Of a stretch of DNA of 64,000 nucleotides, positions 1-9,185 are shown piece by piece. Made by a program: the position numbers and the translations under genes. The DNA is from Ruminococcus sp. (GTDB lineage Bacteria > Bacillota > Clostridia > Oscillospirales > Acutalibacteraceae), in the NCBI GenBank assembly GCA_045124035.1, contig JBGVLC010000032.1, positions 30,427 through 94,426 of the forward strand, read 5' to 3'. Each line of letters starts with the position of its first letter. The stretch's first letter is position 1. The notes below the pieces were generated by a model. It ran no database searches, had not been told where the DNA came from, and saw only the letters and a list, made by a program, of their open reading frames with translations.

Positions 1-475
1 TGACAGGATGAACTGTCATCGATGCACTTTTCGCTATATAACACTTATCTGATGCCACAGCAAGTGGTATCCCGATAGAGTGTCCCCCGCCAAGTACAAT
101 AGAAACCGACGGCTTTTTCATCCCCGAAATAAGTTCAGCAATAGCGAGCCCTGCTTCGACATCACCACCTGCAGTATTAAGCAATATGAGAAGTCCGTCG
201 ATTCGGTCATCCTCGTCAATAGCAACAAGCTGAGGAAGGACGTGTTCATACTTGGTGGTCTTGTTCGATGACGGCAGGATATAGTGCCCCTCAATCTGTC
301 CGATGATAGTCAGGCAGTAAATAATCGAGTCTCCCCTACACGTAATCACCGAGCCTAGATTTCCGATTCGCTCGTGATAATTATCACCGTTGAATTGGTC
401 AGTAAAGTCCGGTTGAACAGGATTGTCATCACAATCATAGTCGTTTTTCACATTATTGAAATCAGCATTGTTCAT
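1..475 (-). CDS. tepA: ClpP-like translocation-enhancing protein TepA (partial, runs off the window start)
   Basis: Manual translation of the minus strand from ATG at 475 (SD GAGGTG): [51 protein letters not shown], typical of TepA. Confidence 0.85.
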   Translation of the reverse strand, partial: MNNADFNNVKNDYDCDDNPVQPDFTDQFNGDNYHERIGNLGSVITCRGDSIIYCLTIIGQIEGHYILPSSNKTTKYEHVLPQLVAIDEDDRIDGLLILLNTAGGDVEAGLAIAELISGMKKPSVSIVLGGGHSIGIPLAVASDKCYIAKSASMTVHPV

Positions 476-654
476 TGAATAATGCACCTCCATCGGTAGC
501 ATATCCAAAAAACACAAAATAATGTATACAGCTTGTTTTATTATAACATCATTTAGGATTAGCTTCAAGAAAAATAAGCAATTTTCTCAATTTATTCCAT
601 ATTATAATTTTATTTCTTTCAACTTGTAGTATGCTATAGAATACAAATTATATT

Positions 655-1920
655 ATGGAGGATTGTAAATTGAATCCTAATTTCGTTTATGGAATTATAA
701 TAGCCGTGTGTATTGTGCTCTCTGCATTCTTTTCGTGCGTAGAAACAGCATTTTCATGTGCTAATAAAATCAGACTCAAAGCATCAGCAGATAACGGCAT
801 CAAAAGAGCCGAACGAGCGCTGTGGGTGTGCGACAACTATGACAAGGTGCTCACCGCTATCCTCATAGGCAACAACGTTGTAAACCTCGGATGCTCTTCT
901 ATCGCTACCGTTCTTTGTATGAATCTTTTTCAGAATTACGGAGCCGCTATCGCAACCGGTGCGACAACCCTGCTCGTACTCACATTCGGTGAAGTTATCC
1001 CGAAGTGTTTCGGCAAAGAAGCAAGCGACACTATTGTACTTTATACCGCTGGTTTTCTCATAACATTAAATCATATTTTAACACCGTTTGTTTATTTCTT
1101 TATCGGAATTAAATCCGCTGTTATGAAACTGGCAAATATCAAAAAAGACCAGCCTTCTGTTACTGAAGATGAGCTCAAGTACATCATCGAATCTATCGAA
1201 GAAGAAGGAATCCTCGAGGAACAAGAGAGCGAAATGGTACAGTCAGCGCTTGAATTTGACGAAAAAACAGCTCTTGAAATTCTCACCCCACGAGTGGATG
1301 TTGTACTCATTGACGCTCAGGACGATATAAAAAACATTCATGATATTATCATCAGGGAACGTTACTCCAGAATCCCTGTCTATGAAGAAAACATCGACAA
1401 CATCATCGGTATCCTTCAGACAAGAGACTATCTTGAAGTGTTAAGCAAAGGCGAAACCCCTGATATCAAGGAACTCGTCACCCCTGCACAGTTTATCTAC
1501 AAATCAAGAAAGCTCTCAGACATCCTCGCTGACTTCAAAGAAAAGAGACTTCACATTGCCATTGTCACAGACGAATACGGCGGAATGCTGGGTATCGTCA
1601 CTATGGAAGACCTTCTTGAAGAAATCGTCGGCGAAATATGGGACGAGGATGAAGAAGAAGAACGCACATACACTAAACTCAAAGACGGCCGATATATCGT
1701 CAGCGGTGATATGGATTTATCTGATTTATTCGATATTTTCGAAATCAAAGACGATGATGAAATCGACAGCATTTCTGTCGGCGGATTTATTCTTGAACAG
1801 TTTGGCTCAATCCCAAGAATCAACGAAAGCGTCTCTTATAACAACATCAGAATGACTGTTAAGCGTGTTAAAAACAATCGTATTCTCTCTGCTTTTGTTT
1901 CGAAGATAGACGAAGATTAA
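655..1920 (+). CDS. HlyC/CorC (CNNM) family transporter: DUF21 + 2 CBS + CorC_HlyC domains
   Basis: SAFFSCVETAFS, ILIGNNVVN, FGEVIPK, YSRIPVY, VTDEYGGMLGIVTMEDLLEEIVGEI. Confidence 0.9.
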   Translation: MEDCKLNPNFVYGIIIAVCIVLSAFFSCVETAFSCANKIRLKASADNGIKRAERALWVCDNYDKVLTAILIGNNVVNLGCSSIATVLCMNLFQNYGAAIATGATTLLVLTFGEVIPKCFGKEASDTIVLYTAGFLITLNHILTPFVYFFIGIKSAVMKLANIKKDQPSVTEDELKYIIESIEEEGILEEQESEMVQSALEFDEKTALEILTPRVDVVLIDAQDDIKNIHDIIIRERYSRIPVYEENIDNIIGILQTRDYLEVLSKGETPDIKELVTPAQFIYKSRKLSDILADFKEKRLHIAIVTDEYGGMLGIVTMEDLLEEIVGEIWDEDEEEERTYTKLKDGRYIVSGDMDLSDLFDIFEIKDDDEIDSISVGGFILEQFGSIPRINESVSYNNIRMTVKRVKNNRILSAFVSKIDED

Positions 1921-2317
1921 GCGATGTGATTTTTGAACAGATAAAGCTTATCGGGATTGTCAGTAACCCCCACAAAAAACTATATAGCAAGCTTATCTGT
2001 CCGAAAAAATTAAAACGAAGATGTGAGTAATCCCACACGTTAAGCTTCAACGCTAAATTCACTATCAATCCGCATATCAGCTCAAACGTGGTAATAAGAG
2101 CGCTACCTATAACGCATTTTTGGAAAAGTTTCAGATTTCTGAATTTTCTGAATATATGGAACAAAGATAGAAAGCATATTCCTCCTGTTATCACCATCGA
2201 AATGTGGGTTCTCCTGCGCCACAAAATCTCTAGTAAACCGTAAGTTAACCCACCCGACAAAAACAAAAGAATATTTTCACACAGTTTCAACCAAAAACTT
2301 CTTTTCATAAAAATCAC
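1868..2317 (-). CDS. Small integral membrane protein, putative ABC-transporter-permease (CmpB-like) family
   Basis: FLSGGLTYGLLEILWR, ITTFELICGLIVN, VWDYS..FNFFGQISL motifs; the 3' end overlaps the convergent gene by about 50 nt. Confidence 0.65.
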   Translation of the reverse strand: MIFMKRSFWLKLCENILLFLSGGLTYGLLEILWRRRTHISMVITGGICFLSLFHIFRKFRNLKLFQKCVIGSALITTFELICGLIVNLALKLNVWDYSHLRFNFFGQISLLYSFLWGLLTIPISFICSKITSLNLRLSSKQKQREYDCF

Positions 2318-2344
2318 CCCGATTAGTTTTCACCAATCGGGGTG
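2309..2344 (-). terminator. Intrinsic terminator after rubrerythrin
   Basis: 10-bp stem CACCCCGATT/AATCGGGGTG followed by a T-rich tract on the minus strand. Confidence 0.75.
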
Positions 2345-2363
2345 TTATTATTTGCATTGATTA

Positions 2364-2897
2364 TTAATAGTTTTCAGCTTTGATTCTGAAATATGCTCTT
2401 GGGTGAGCGCAAACAGCACAAACCTCAGGTGCCTCAACGCCAACAACAATGTGACCGCAGTTGCCACACTCCCAGATAACAACAGAACCTTTCTTGAATA
2501 CTTCACCGTTCTTAACATTAGCTAAAAGCTTTCTGTAGCGCTCTTCGTGCTCCTTCTCGATTTTAGCAACGCCCTCGAACTGTAAAGCGATGTCCTCAAA
2601 GCCCTCTTCTCTTGCTTCTTTAGCAAAAGTAGCGTACATATCAGTCCACTCGTAGTTCTCACCTGCAGCAGCAGCTTCCAGGTTCTCCTGTGTTGTACCG
2701 ATACCCTCTAACAGCTTGAACCAAAGCTTAGCGTGTTCCTTCTCGTTTTCAGCTGTAGCAAGGAAAAGCTCAGCAATCTGGTTGTAACCTTCTTTTCTAG
2801 CTTTTGAAGCAAAGTAAGTGTACTTATTTCTAGCTTCTGACTCACCAGCAAAAGCAGCCTTCAGGTTAGCTTCGGTTTTAGTTCCTTTAAGATTCAT
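2364..2897 (-). CDS. rbr: Rubrerythrin
   Basis: [37 protein letters not shown] diiron motifs; C-terminal CxxC..CxxC rubredoxin-like domain. Confidence 0.95.
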   Translation of the reverse strand: MNLKGTKTEANLKAAFAGESEARNKYTYFASKARKEGYNQIAELFLATAENEKEHAKLWFKLLEGIGTTQENLEAAAAGENYEWTDMYATFAKEAREEGFEDIALQFEGVAKIEKEHEERYRKLLANVKNGEVFKKGSVVIWECGNCGHIVVGVEAPEVCAVCAHPRAYFRIKAENY

Positions 2898-3519
2898 AAT
2901 TTACCTCCGTATTATTTATAAATTTATTTAATATTAAATTAAATTCATCGTAAGTATAAAGACAGTTAAGAGCGCTTATCATAGCGTTCGTGCTGAGATA
3001 CTCAGGTAGCGACAAAAATCGAAGAAGCTCTTGTCGCTTAACAGCCGAATTATCCATGCCACAAAGTCCGAATTCAAATAAATCCATCTTTGTGATTTCC
3101 CTACTGCCTTGTTCACATCTCACGCCGTTGATAGTAGCACCGCTACTTCTAATAGCTTTAACCAGATTTTCTCTATCTATACCCTCAACGCCGATTTTTC
3201 CTTCTTTTGAAGATTCAGCCTTACGTTTCTCTTTCCCAAAAACAGTTGGGATATAGGCGTGCTTAACTGAAGATTTATCTGCAATTGATTTGAGAAAATT
3301 CCGAAGCACAAAGCCGGCGGAATCAACATCAGTCATAACCAGTATTCCTCGGGTTTTCGCAATATTTCTGATAAGAGACTGAGCCTCCTTATCCTTGAAA
3401 ACACGAAACCCGTTTAATGTTATTATAGGCGATGAAACAACAGTTTGCAACTGTATTTTGTCATATTTACCCTCGACAACAATAACTTCTTTGAGGCTGA
3501 GCTTTTCACTATTTTCCAT
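2887..3519 (-). CDS. rnmV: Ribonuclease M5 (Toprim + DUF4093)
   Basis: [18 protein letters not shown] Toprim motifs; [16 protein letters not shown]. Confidence 0.85.
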   Translation of the reverse strand: MENSEKLSLKEVIVVEGKYDKIQLQTVVSSPIITLNGFRVFKDKEAQSLIRNIAKTRGILVMTDVDSAGFVLRNFLKSIADKSSVKHAYIPTVFGKEKRKAESSKEGKIGVEGIDRENLVKAIRSSGATINGVRCEQGSREITKMDLFEFGLCGMDNSAVKRQELLRFLSLPEYLSTNAMISALNCLYTYDEFNLILNKFINNTEVNYES

Positions 3520-4561
3520 AATAATCGCCTCGTGCTATAAGAACAAGTTTTGAGATAAGCTTTTCTATCTCAATTCTCGGATTGACGCTTACGCTGACCA
3601 ATCGCTCATTAAGCTCTAAAATAGCATCAATACTATCTCTGAGCGCAACAGTTGAAATACGCTTTGACTGGCGAGCCATTTTATCGAGCACCCACGCTCT
3701 GCCTTTATAAGAAAGTTCATCTGCCATAATCTTAGTAGGCAAACCGCTTTCAAAAGCTATCCTCGCTCTGTACATATCAACATAGGCGTTAGCCAACGTT
3801 ATGAGGATAGTAACAGCTTCTTCGCGCTGATAAAAAAGAACATCGACGATATGCATCGCTTTGTTAAAATCCTGAGCAATAACACAGTCAAACAAATCGA
3901 AAATACGCGCCTGAAGATTCTTTGCAACAAGCATATCTATCATTTCAACGGTAATTTCCTCACCATCTGAAAAAGCTGAAAGCTTCGACACTTCGTTATG
4001 AAGAACTCGCAAATCGTTGCCGCAGTATGAAATCAATCTTGCCGCAACTACAGGACTTATCTTGCTGCCACATTCATTTGCCCACTTGCACACAGTTTTC
4101 TCGAGAGATACTTCCGTGCGTTTGTTAAGCTCAGCAACAGTGCCGTTTTTCTCGATATAGTCTCTGATTTTTTTATACTTTTTAAGCGGCTTTTGAGAAG
4201 GCATCAAAGTCGGCATAGTAAAAATCAGAACAGTAGTATCAGGAATATTCTTGCAAATGTCAAAAAGTGCATCCACATCGCTTTGAGCAAGGGAGTCAAT
4301 ATCAAGGTCGCTGACTTTGACGCAGTTCTTGTCACTCATAAACGGAACCACATCACAGGATACAGACAACGCAGATATATCAACATCACCGGAAAAAGTG
4401 TGGTAATTAAACTCAGGGGGATTATCTCCCATAAGCTTTTTTATCAGAGCTTCGGTGTGCAGTGACACAAGCATTTTTTCATCGCCATCGATAAAATACA
4501 GATTAGAAAACTGCTTTGATGACATATGTTTTTTGAAATCGCTTTCTTTCATCATCGGCAT
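3509..4561 (-). CDS. holA: DNA polymerase III delta subunit
   Basis: LYFIDGDEKML, GNDLRVLHNEVSKL, IFDLFD; lies directly downstream of comEC (TAATG coupling). Confidence 0.85.
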   Translation of the reverse strand: MPMMKESDFKKHMSSKQFSNLYFIDGDEKMLVSLHTEALIKKLMGDNPPEFNYHTFSGDVDISALSVSCDVVPFMSDKNCVKVSDLDIDSLAQSDVDALFDICKNIPDTTVLIFTMPTLMPSQKPLKKYKKIRDYIEKNGTVAELNKRTEVSLEKTVCKWANECGSKISPVVAARLISYCGNDLRVLHNEVSKLSAFSDGEEITVEMIDMLVAKNLQARIFDLFDCVIAQDFNKAMHIVDVLFYQREEAVTILITLANAYVDMYRARIAFESGLPTKIMADELSYKGRAWVLDKMARQSKRISTVALRDSIDAILELNERLVSVSVNPRIEIEKLISKLVLIARGDYYGK

Positions 4562-6852
4562 TACCACACCCCCATTATCATTTCGATATCGCCTTCACAG
4601 GTCAAAATCACTCTTTTGGCAATACAACCCATCTGTTTCATTATGTTATATGCAAATTCTTCCTTCGCACTTATTATAAGAGTTTCGCAGGAAAGAAGTT
4701 CGAAATTGTCACAACATTCACTTAGCACTATCGTATCAGCTGTTCTATAGCGTTGAGGAACATCTTCAATATCAACACCTCTGTCAAAAATCGCAACAGT
4801 GCCGTCAACTGTTTCAAGATACACGGTATACTTCCTACCTGTTTTCACATAAGAAGCCACCGTGCTGTCGTCAACTTTCACTTTAGTCACATCGACAGGA
4901 GTTATGACATTTTCGGATAAGTCTGAAGTATCAACTTCACTTTTAGTATCATACACCAAAACATCATCAATTGCAAATGCTTCTAACAAAACAGCAACAT
5001 TGTTGTGTGCTTTGAAATTATCATTCGGGCAGGAATAAAAGTCTATATCACTCACTGTATTATCAAGTTTATCTATAATTTCATACGCATTACTCTCACT
5101 GCAATCAAAAGTCAGCATCATACCGGTGTTGCCGCTTGAATACATCACAGCACAACCATTTCCAACATCATAGACATAAAGCTGTGACACACCTGTTGAA
5201 ACCATCACAGCACTCAGATATCCATACAAGAAAACTGTCGCTATGCATACAGAAATAATCTTACCCTTGTTTTCACTTCTGAGTACATAATACATCAAAC
5301 ATAACACAAGTGCGAAAATAATAAATATGTACACAAAGTTATAGGTGTTGTGTATATATGAAAACTCAAAACTCGCAACGAACTCAACCACAATGACGAC
5401 TAAATCAGTAATAACATTAGCAAGATAACCGAGTATTGGCAACACAAACTTCACAAGATAAATACAACAAAAGCCAAACAGCGATACTACGGTCATCATT
5501 AAAGGTGCACAATAGTATACTATACAAATCAAAAACGAGATCACAAGCAATATGTTAATCGGAATCGACAACAAAAATGTTGTTATTATCGCCATAGTTG
5601 AAAACGAGTTAAAAAAGAGAATACTTATCGGCAAAGTTGCTACATAGGCACAAACACCGATACAAAACATATCAACAAAGGTTCTTTTAATTTTTGTCGG
5701 TATTTTACGGATATGCTTTAGTAAAAATTCTACAATCTTTGAATCCGACTTAGATTTTTCAGGCTCTTTAGTTCGATTTTTCTTTCTTCTGTAGAATTTT
5801 GCACTCATTTTTGGTGCGAAACATATAATCGCGAAAGTTGACACAAAAGATAGAATCAACCCTACATCTCCAACGCAAAACGGGTTTCCAATCGTCACAA
5901 TAAGTGCGGCAAAACCTAGCGAATTCGGGCTATATGATTGTCGTGAAATCGTCATACCAAACGCATAAACCAAAAGCATAACTGCACTTCTTACAACAGA
6001 AGGGGTATAGCCAGTTATCGCCATATATAAAAGAATAAAACCTACAGCCAACGGAATAAATAAAAATCTCAGGCTAAACATCTTTCGGGAAAAATAAAAG
6101 AATATACAAGCGAGAACAGAAAAATGCATACCCGATACTACTACAAGGTGTGACACTCCCGCTTTGGTGAAGTCCTGTCTCAGCTCACTTTTCATCGCAA
6201 ACTTATCACCCAGAAGCAATGCACTGCAAAGAGAAAAAGCGTCTTCATGAAGAGTTTCTTTCAGCACTTTTCTCATATCCTGACGTATCTTTATCGCACG
6301 AGCATAGAAGCTCTTGTCATCGCAACTTATAAATTTGTAGTCAGGTGTGCCACCTCCTAAGTATCCAACAAAGAAACACTTCTTCGAAATATTAGCATTA
6401 CTTTGTGTAGCATAAAGCTTTACATCAAGTTCAACAGTATCAAACGGGTCTATATAGAAAAAGTCACTATAAGCAATAAAGTTAAAATCACATTCTTCTC
6501 CGTTAAACTCACGACAATTAAAACGATAACTGTATGTGTCATACAATTTTGACGGTTCTTCTTTCAACGTTACTACGGCTGTACCGCTTTTGCCATCATA
6601 CTGTTCAACGAGTTTCTCAAAAACAAATGTGCTGTAACTCAGATTAACCACACATGCAACAATTGCAACAATAGACATCACAGGCAGATATATGGTTTTT
6701 CTGAATTTTGATACACTTAAAAACAGAACAAAAAGCAACAATGATAAAATCGCTATAACAAGTGCTGCTGTTTTTCCAAAATAAAAAACGACTGCCAATA
6801 CTGATAAGTATGTAAGACCTATCTGTGCTAGCAATCGTTTCATAATTTTCAA
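4561..6852 (-). CDS. comEC: ComEC/Rec2 family competence protein
   Basis: ALLLGDK, GVSHLVVVSGMH, PSVVRS, GLILSF Competence-domain motifs; adjacent to holA; degenerate C-terminal beta-lactamase-like region. Confidence 0.85.
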   Translation of the reverse strand: MKIMKRLLAQIGLTYLSVLAVVFYFGKTAALVIAILSLLLFVLFLSVSKFRKTIYLPVMSIVAIVACVVNLSYSTFVFEKLVEQYDGKSGTAVVTLKEEPSKLYDTYSYRFNCREFNGEECDFNFIAYSDFFYIDPFDTVELDVKLYATQSNANISKKCFFVGYLGGGTPDYKFISCDDKSFYARAIKIRQDMRKVLKETLHEDAFSLCSALLLGDKFAMKSELRQDFTKAGVSHLVVVSGMHFSVLACIFFYFSRKMFSLRFLFIPLAVGFILLYMAITGYTPSVVRSAVMLLVYAFGMTISRQSYSPNSLGFAALIVTIGNPFCVGDVGLILSFVSTFAIICFAPKMSAKFYRRKKNRTKEPEKSKSDSKIVEFLLKHIRKIPTKIKRTFVDMFCIGVCAYVATLPISILFFNSFSTMAIITTFLLSIPINILLVISFLICIVYYCAPLMMTVVSLFGFCCIYLVKFVLPILGYLANVITDLVVIVVEFVASFEFSYIHNTYNFVYIFIIFALVLCLMYYVLRSENKGKIISVCIATVFLYGYLSAVMVSTGVSQLYVYDVGNGCAVMYSSGNTGMMLTFDCSESNAYEIIDKLDNTVSDIDFYSCPNDNFKAHNNVAVLLEAFAIDDVLVYDTKSEVDTSDLSENVITPVDVTKVKVDDSTVASYVKTGRKYTVYLETVDGTVAIFDRGVDIEDVPQRYRTADTIVLSECCDNFELLSCETLIISAKEEFAYNIMKQMGCIAKRVILTCEGDIEMIMGVW

Positions 6853-6862
6853 TCCTTAATAA

Positions 6863-7402
6863 TCATTTAAAAAACAACGGTAGTTTCTCCAAAAAGATAA
6901 TATCATCCCTATTAGCAGCATCGCCCTCAGCGAGCACAGCTGCTTTACCTACTAAAACGCCCTGTGTTTCTTTGACAAGATTCTCAAGAGCAGTAAGACT
7001 CTCTCCTGTTGAAATAACATCATCAACAATCAATACTCGCTTACCCTTGAGCTTTTCCACATCTTCCTGACCAAGATAAAGTTTCTGGTCATACTGAGTG
7101 GTGATAGTGTTGACATTTACGGATATAGGGTCACTCATATAAACTTTAGTACCTTTTCTGGCAACAACATAGCGGCCACATCCGATTCGAGCCATTTCAT
7201 AACAAAGCGGAATACTCTTAGCTTCAGCTGTGAGAAGAATATCATGTTGAGGGCAGATATCGAGCAACGCCTTGGCACTTTTCTCAGTTATTTCAACATC
7301 GTCGAATAAAATAAATGCGGCAATATCAAGCTTGTCGCTAACAGGATATTTGATGAGCTCACGCTCAACACCCGCTATAGTAATCTTAAAAGTATCAGCC
7401 AT
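6863..7402 (-). CDS. Type I phosphoribosyltransferase (adenine PRT-like)
   Basis: PRPP-binding motif VLIVDDVISTGES; start moved to ATG at 7402 (MADTFKITIAG), which has a GAGGTG SD. Confidence 0.85.
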   Translation of the reverse strand: MADTFKITIAGVERELIKYPVSDKLDIAAFILFDDVEITEKSAKALLDICPQHDILLTAEAKSIPLCYEMARIGCGRYVVARKGTKVYMSDPISVNVNTITTQYDQKLYLGQEDVEKLKGKRVLIVDDVISTGESLTALENLVKETQGVLVGKAAVLAEGDAANRDDIIFLEKLPLFFK

Positions 7403-7412
7403 AACACACCTC

Positions 7413-7748
7413 TTATGCGATTTTCTCGCCAAGCTTTTTGCCACCAAGAAGATGGAAATGCAGGTGCATAACTGTCTGACCACCGTTTTCTTTGCAGTTG
7501 TTGATGATACGGTAACCATCAAGTTCCAATTCTTTCGCAATAACCGGAATCATCTTGAAGATATGAGCAACTACATCACAGTTACTCTCATCAATATCAT
7601 CAGCACAAGCGATATGCTGTTTTGGAACTATAACAACATGAACAGGAGTCTGAGGGTTGATATCGTGGAATGCTAAAATCTTATCATCCTCGTATACTTT
7701 ATTTGATGGAATTTCACCATTTACGATTTTACAAAAAATACAGTCCAT
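7413..7748 (-). CDS. Histidine triad (HIT) nucleotide-binding protein
   Basis: MDCIFCKI, AFHDINPQ, GGQTVMHLHFHLLGG. Confidence 0.95.
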   Translation of the reverse strand: MDCIFCKIVNGEIPSNKVYEDDKILAFHDINPQTPVHVVIVPKQHIACADDIDESNCDVVAHIFKMIPVIAKELELDGYRIINNCKENGGQTVMHLHFHLLGGKKLGEKIA

Positions 7749-7765
7749 TTTTAACCTCCTGAGTT

Positions 7766-9067
7766 TTATCTGTATCTGCGTCGAGCCTGACGTTTTTTGC
7801 GATTTCTGGCTGTCGAAATTTTCACAGCTAAAACCAGAACAACCAAAGCAACAACAACAGCTATAATAAAAATATTATTCTTTATAAAATGAATAGTCTT
7901 GTGTGCTAAAACGCAAAGCCTGTCGACTTCAATGTCCTCGTTTGAAACTAGCTTTGCTGTGCCAACCAGTTCATCTTCATAGTAAACTGAAATAGTACCA
8001 AAATCCTGACCAAGTTTCACAGGTGCAAGGGTACTTGACGGAACATCGAGCTTCGTTTTCACAAGAGACTTGTCATAGTTATTAGGAAGCAAAGCGGTAA
8101 CAGCGCCGTCAGTTACAATATCTACTGATTTCTCGCCCCACACATAGCCAACGGCAAGTGAAGTCGCCACAGCTCCATCCTCGAGCAAATCAACAAGAGA
8201 AAGATTCTCAAACGCCCATTCATAAAGCTCCTTACTATCGAGCATAGCGTAGTTAATATCTTCCGCATAAGAATATGGCGCTCCAAGTGTCAGGCAAAGA
8301 TACTCATAATCGTCCTTCTTCGCTGTAGTAACAAGACACTTGCCGGCTTCATCAGTGTAGCCGGTTTTACCACTGTTGACATAAGGATAATAATACTGAG
8401 TTTTTTGAGGATTAATCATATAGTTGGTAGTATCGAGTGTTTCAGACATAGAGCTTACTTTATACTGATACGAACCTGTGATTTCCATAAAATAGGGTTT
8501 TTCGATAGCATACTTCGTGATAATCGCCATATCGTGTGCTGTTGAATAGTGCATCGGGTCATAAAGACCGTGAGGGTTGACAAAGTGAGTTCCCTCACAT
8601 CCAAGCTGTCCAGCTTTGCGGTTCATCATATCAACGAAGTTGTCAACAACACCGTCACCGATGTAGTCAGCGAGCACCCAAGCCGCATCGTTACCTGACG
8701 GAATCATCATACCATACAAAAGCTCAAGAACAGAAAATTCTTCGCCAAGGTATCCCTGAAGACCCATAACAGAACTCTCAGGGTCAAGTCCAACAAAAGC
8801 GTCTTCCTTGATAGTGATTTTGGTATTCTCAAGGTCTGGAATATTTTCACAAACCACTATGTAAGTCATAATCTTTGTAAGGGATGCAGGAGGTAGCTGT
8901 TCATTTACATTTTTCTCGTAAACCACAGTTTTGGTATTAAGGTTTTCGAGATACACAGCAGACGATATAGTATCAACATTACATCCATAATCAGCCGCAC
9001 CGACAGCTGTCACAGAAACAGACAGAATAACAATTAAAATAAATAAGAATGATAAAATCTTTTTCAT
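7766..9067 (-). CDS. D-alanyl-D-alanine carboxypeptidase (peptidase S11) with C-terminal TM anchor
   Basis: Signal peptide; SxxK (ASLTK), SGN and KTG motifs; FVNPHGL; C-terminal TM helix and basic tail. Confidence 0.9.
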   Translation of the reverse strand: MKKILSFLFILIVILSVSVTAVGAADYGCNVDTISSAVYLENLNTKTVVYEKNVNEQLPPASLTKIMTYIVVCENIPDLENTKITIKEDAFVGLDPESSVMGLQGYLGEEFSVLELLYGMMIPSGNDAAWVLADYIGDGVVDNFVDMMNRKAGQLGCEGTHFVNPHGLYDPMHYSTAHDMAIITKYAIEKPYFMEITGSYQYKVSSMSETLDTTNYMINPQKTQYYYPYVNSGKTGYTDEAGKCLVTTAKKDDYEYLCLTLGAPYSYAEDINYAMLDSKELYEWAFENLSLVDLLEDGAVATSLAVGYVWGEKSVDIVTDGAVTALLPNNYDKSLVKTKLDVPSSTLAPVKLGQDFGTISVYYEDELVGTAKLVSNEDIEVDRLCVLAHKTIHFIKNNIFIIAVVVALVVLVLAVKISTARNRKKRQARRRYR

Positions 9068-9185
9068 ACGCAAAACCCCTTTTGTCTATATTACAATATA
9101 CTCTAAGATTATTCAAGTTTTTTAGAAAATAAAAAGAAAAAGCCCCAAGCCCTAGCTCGAGGATTTTTCTTATATGGAAATTAAA

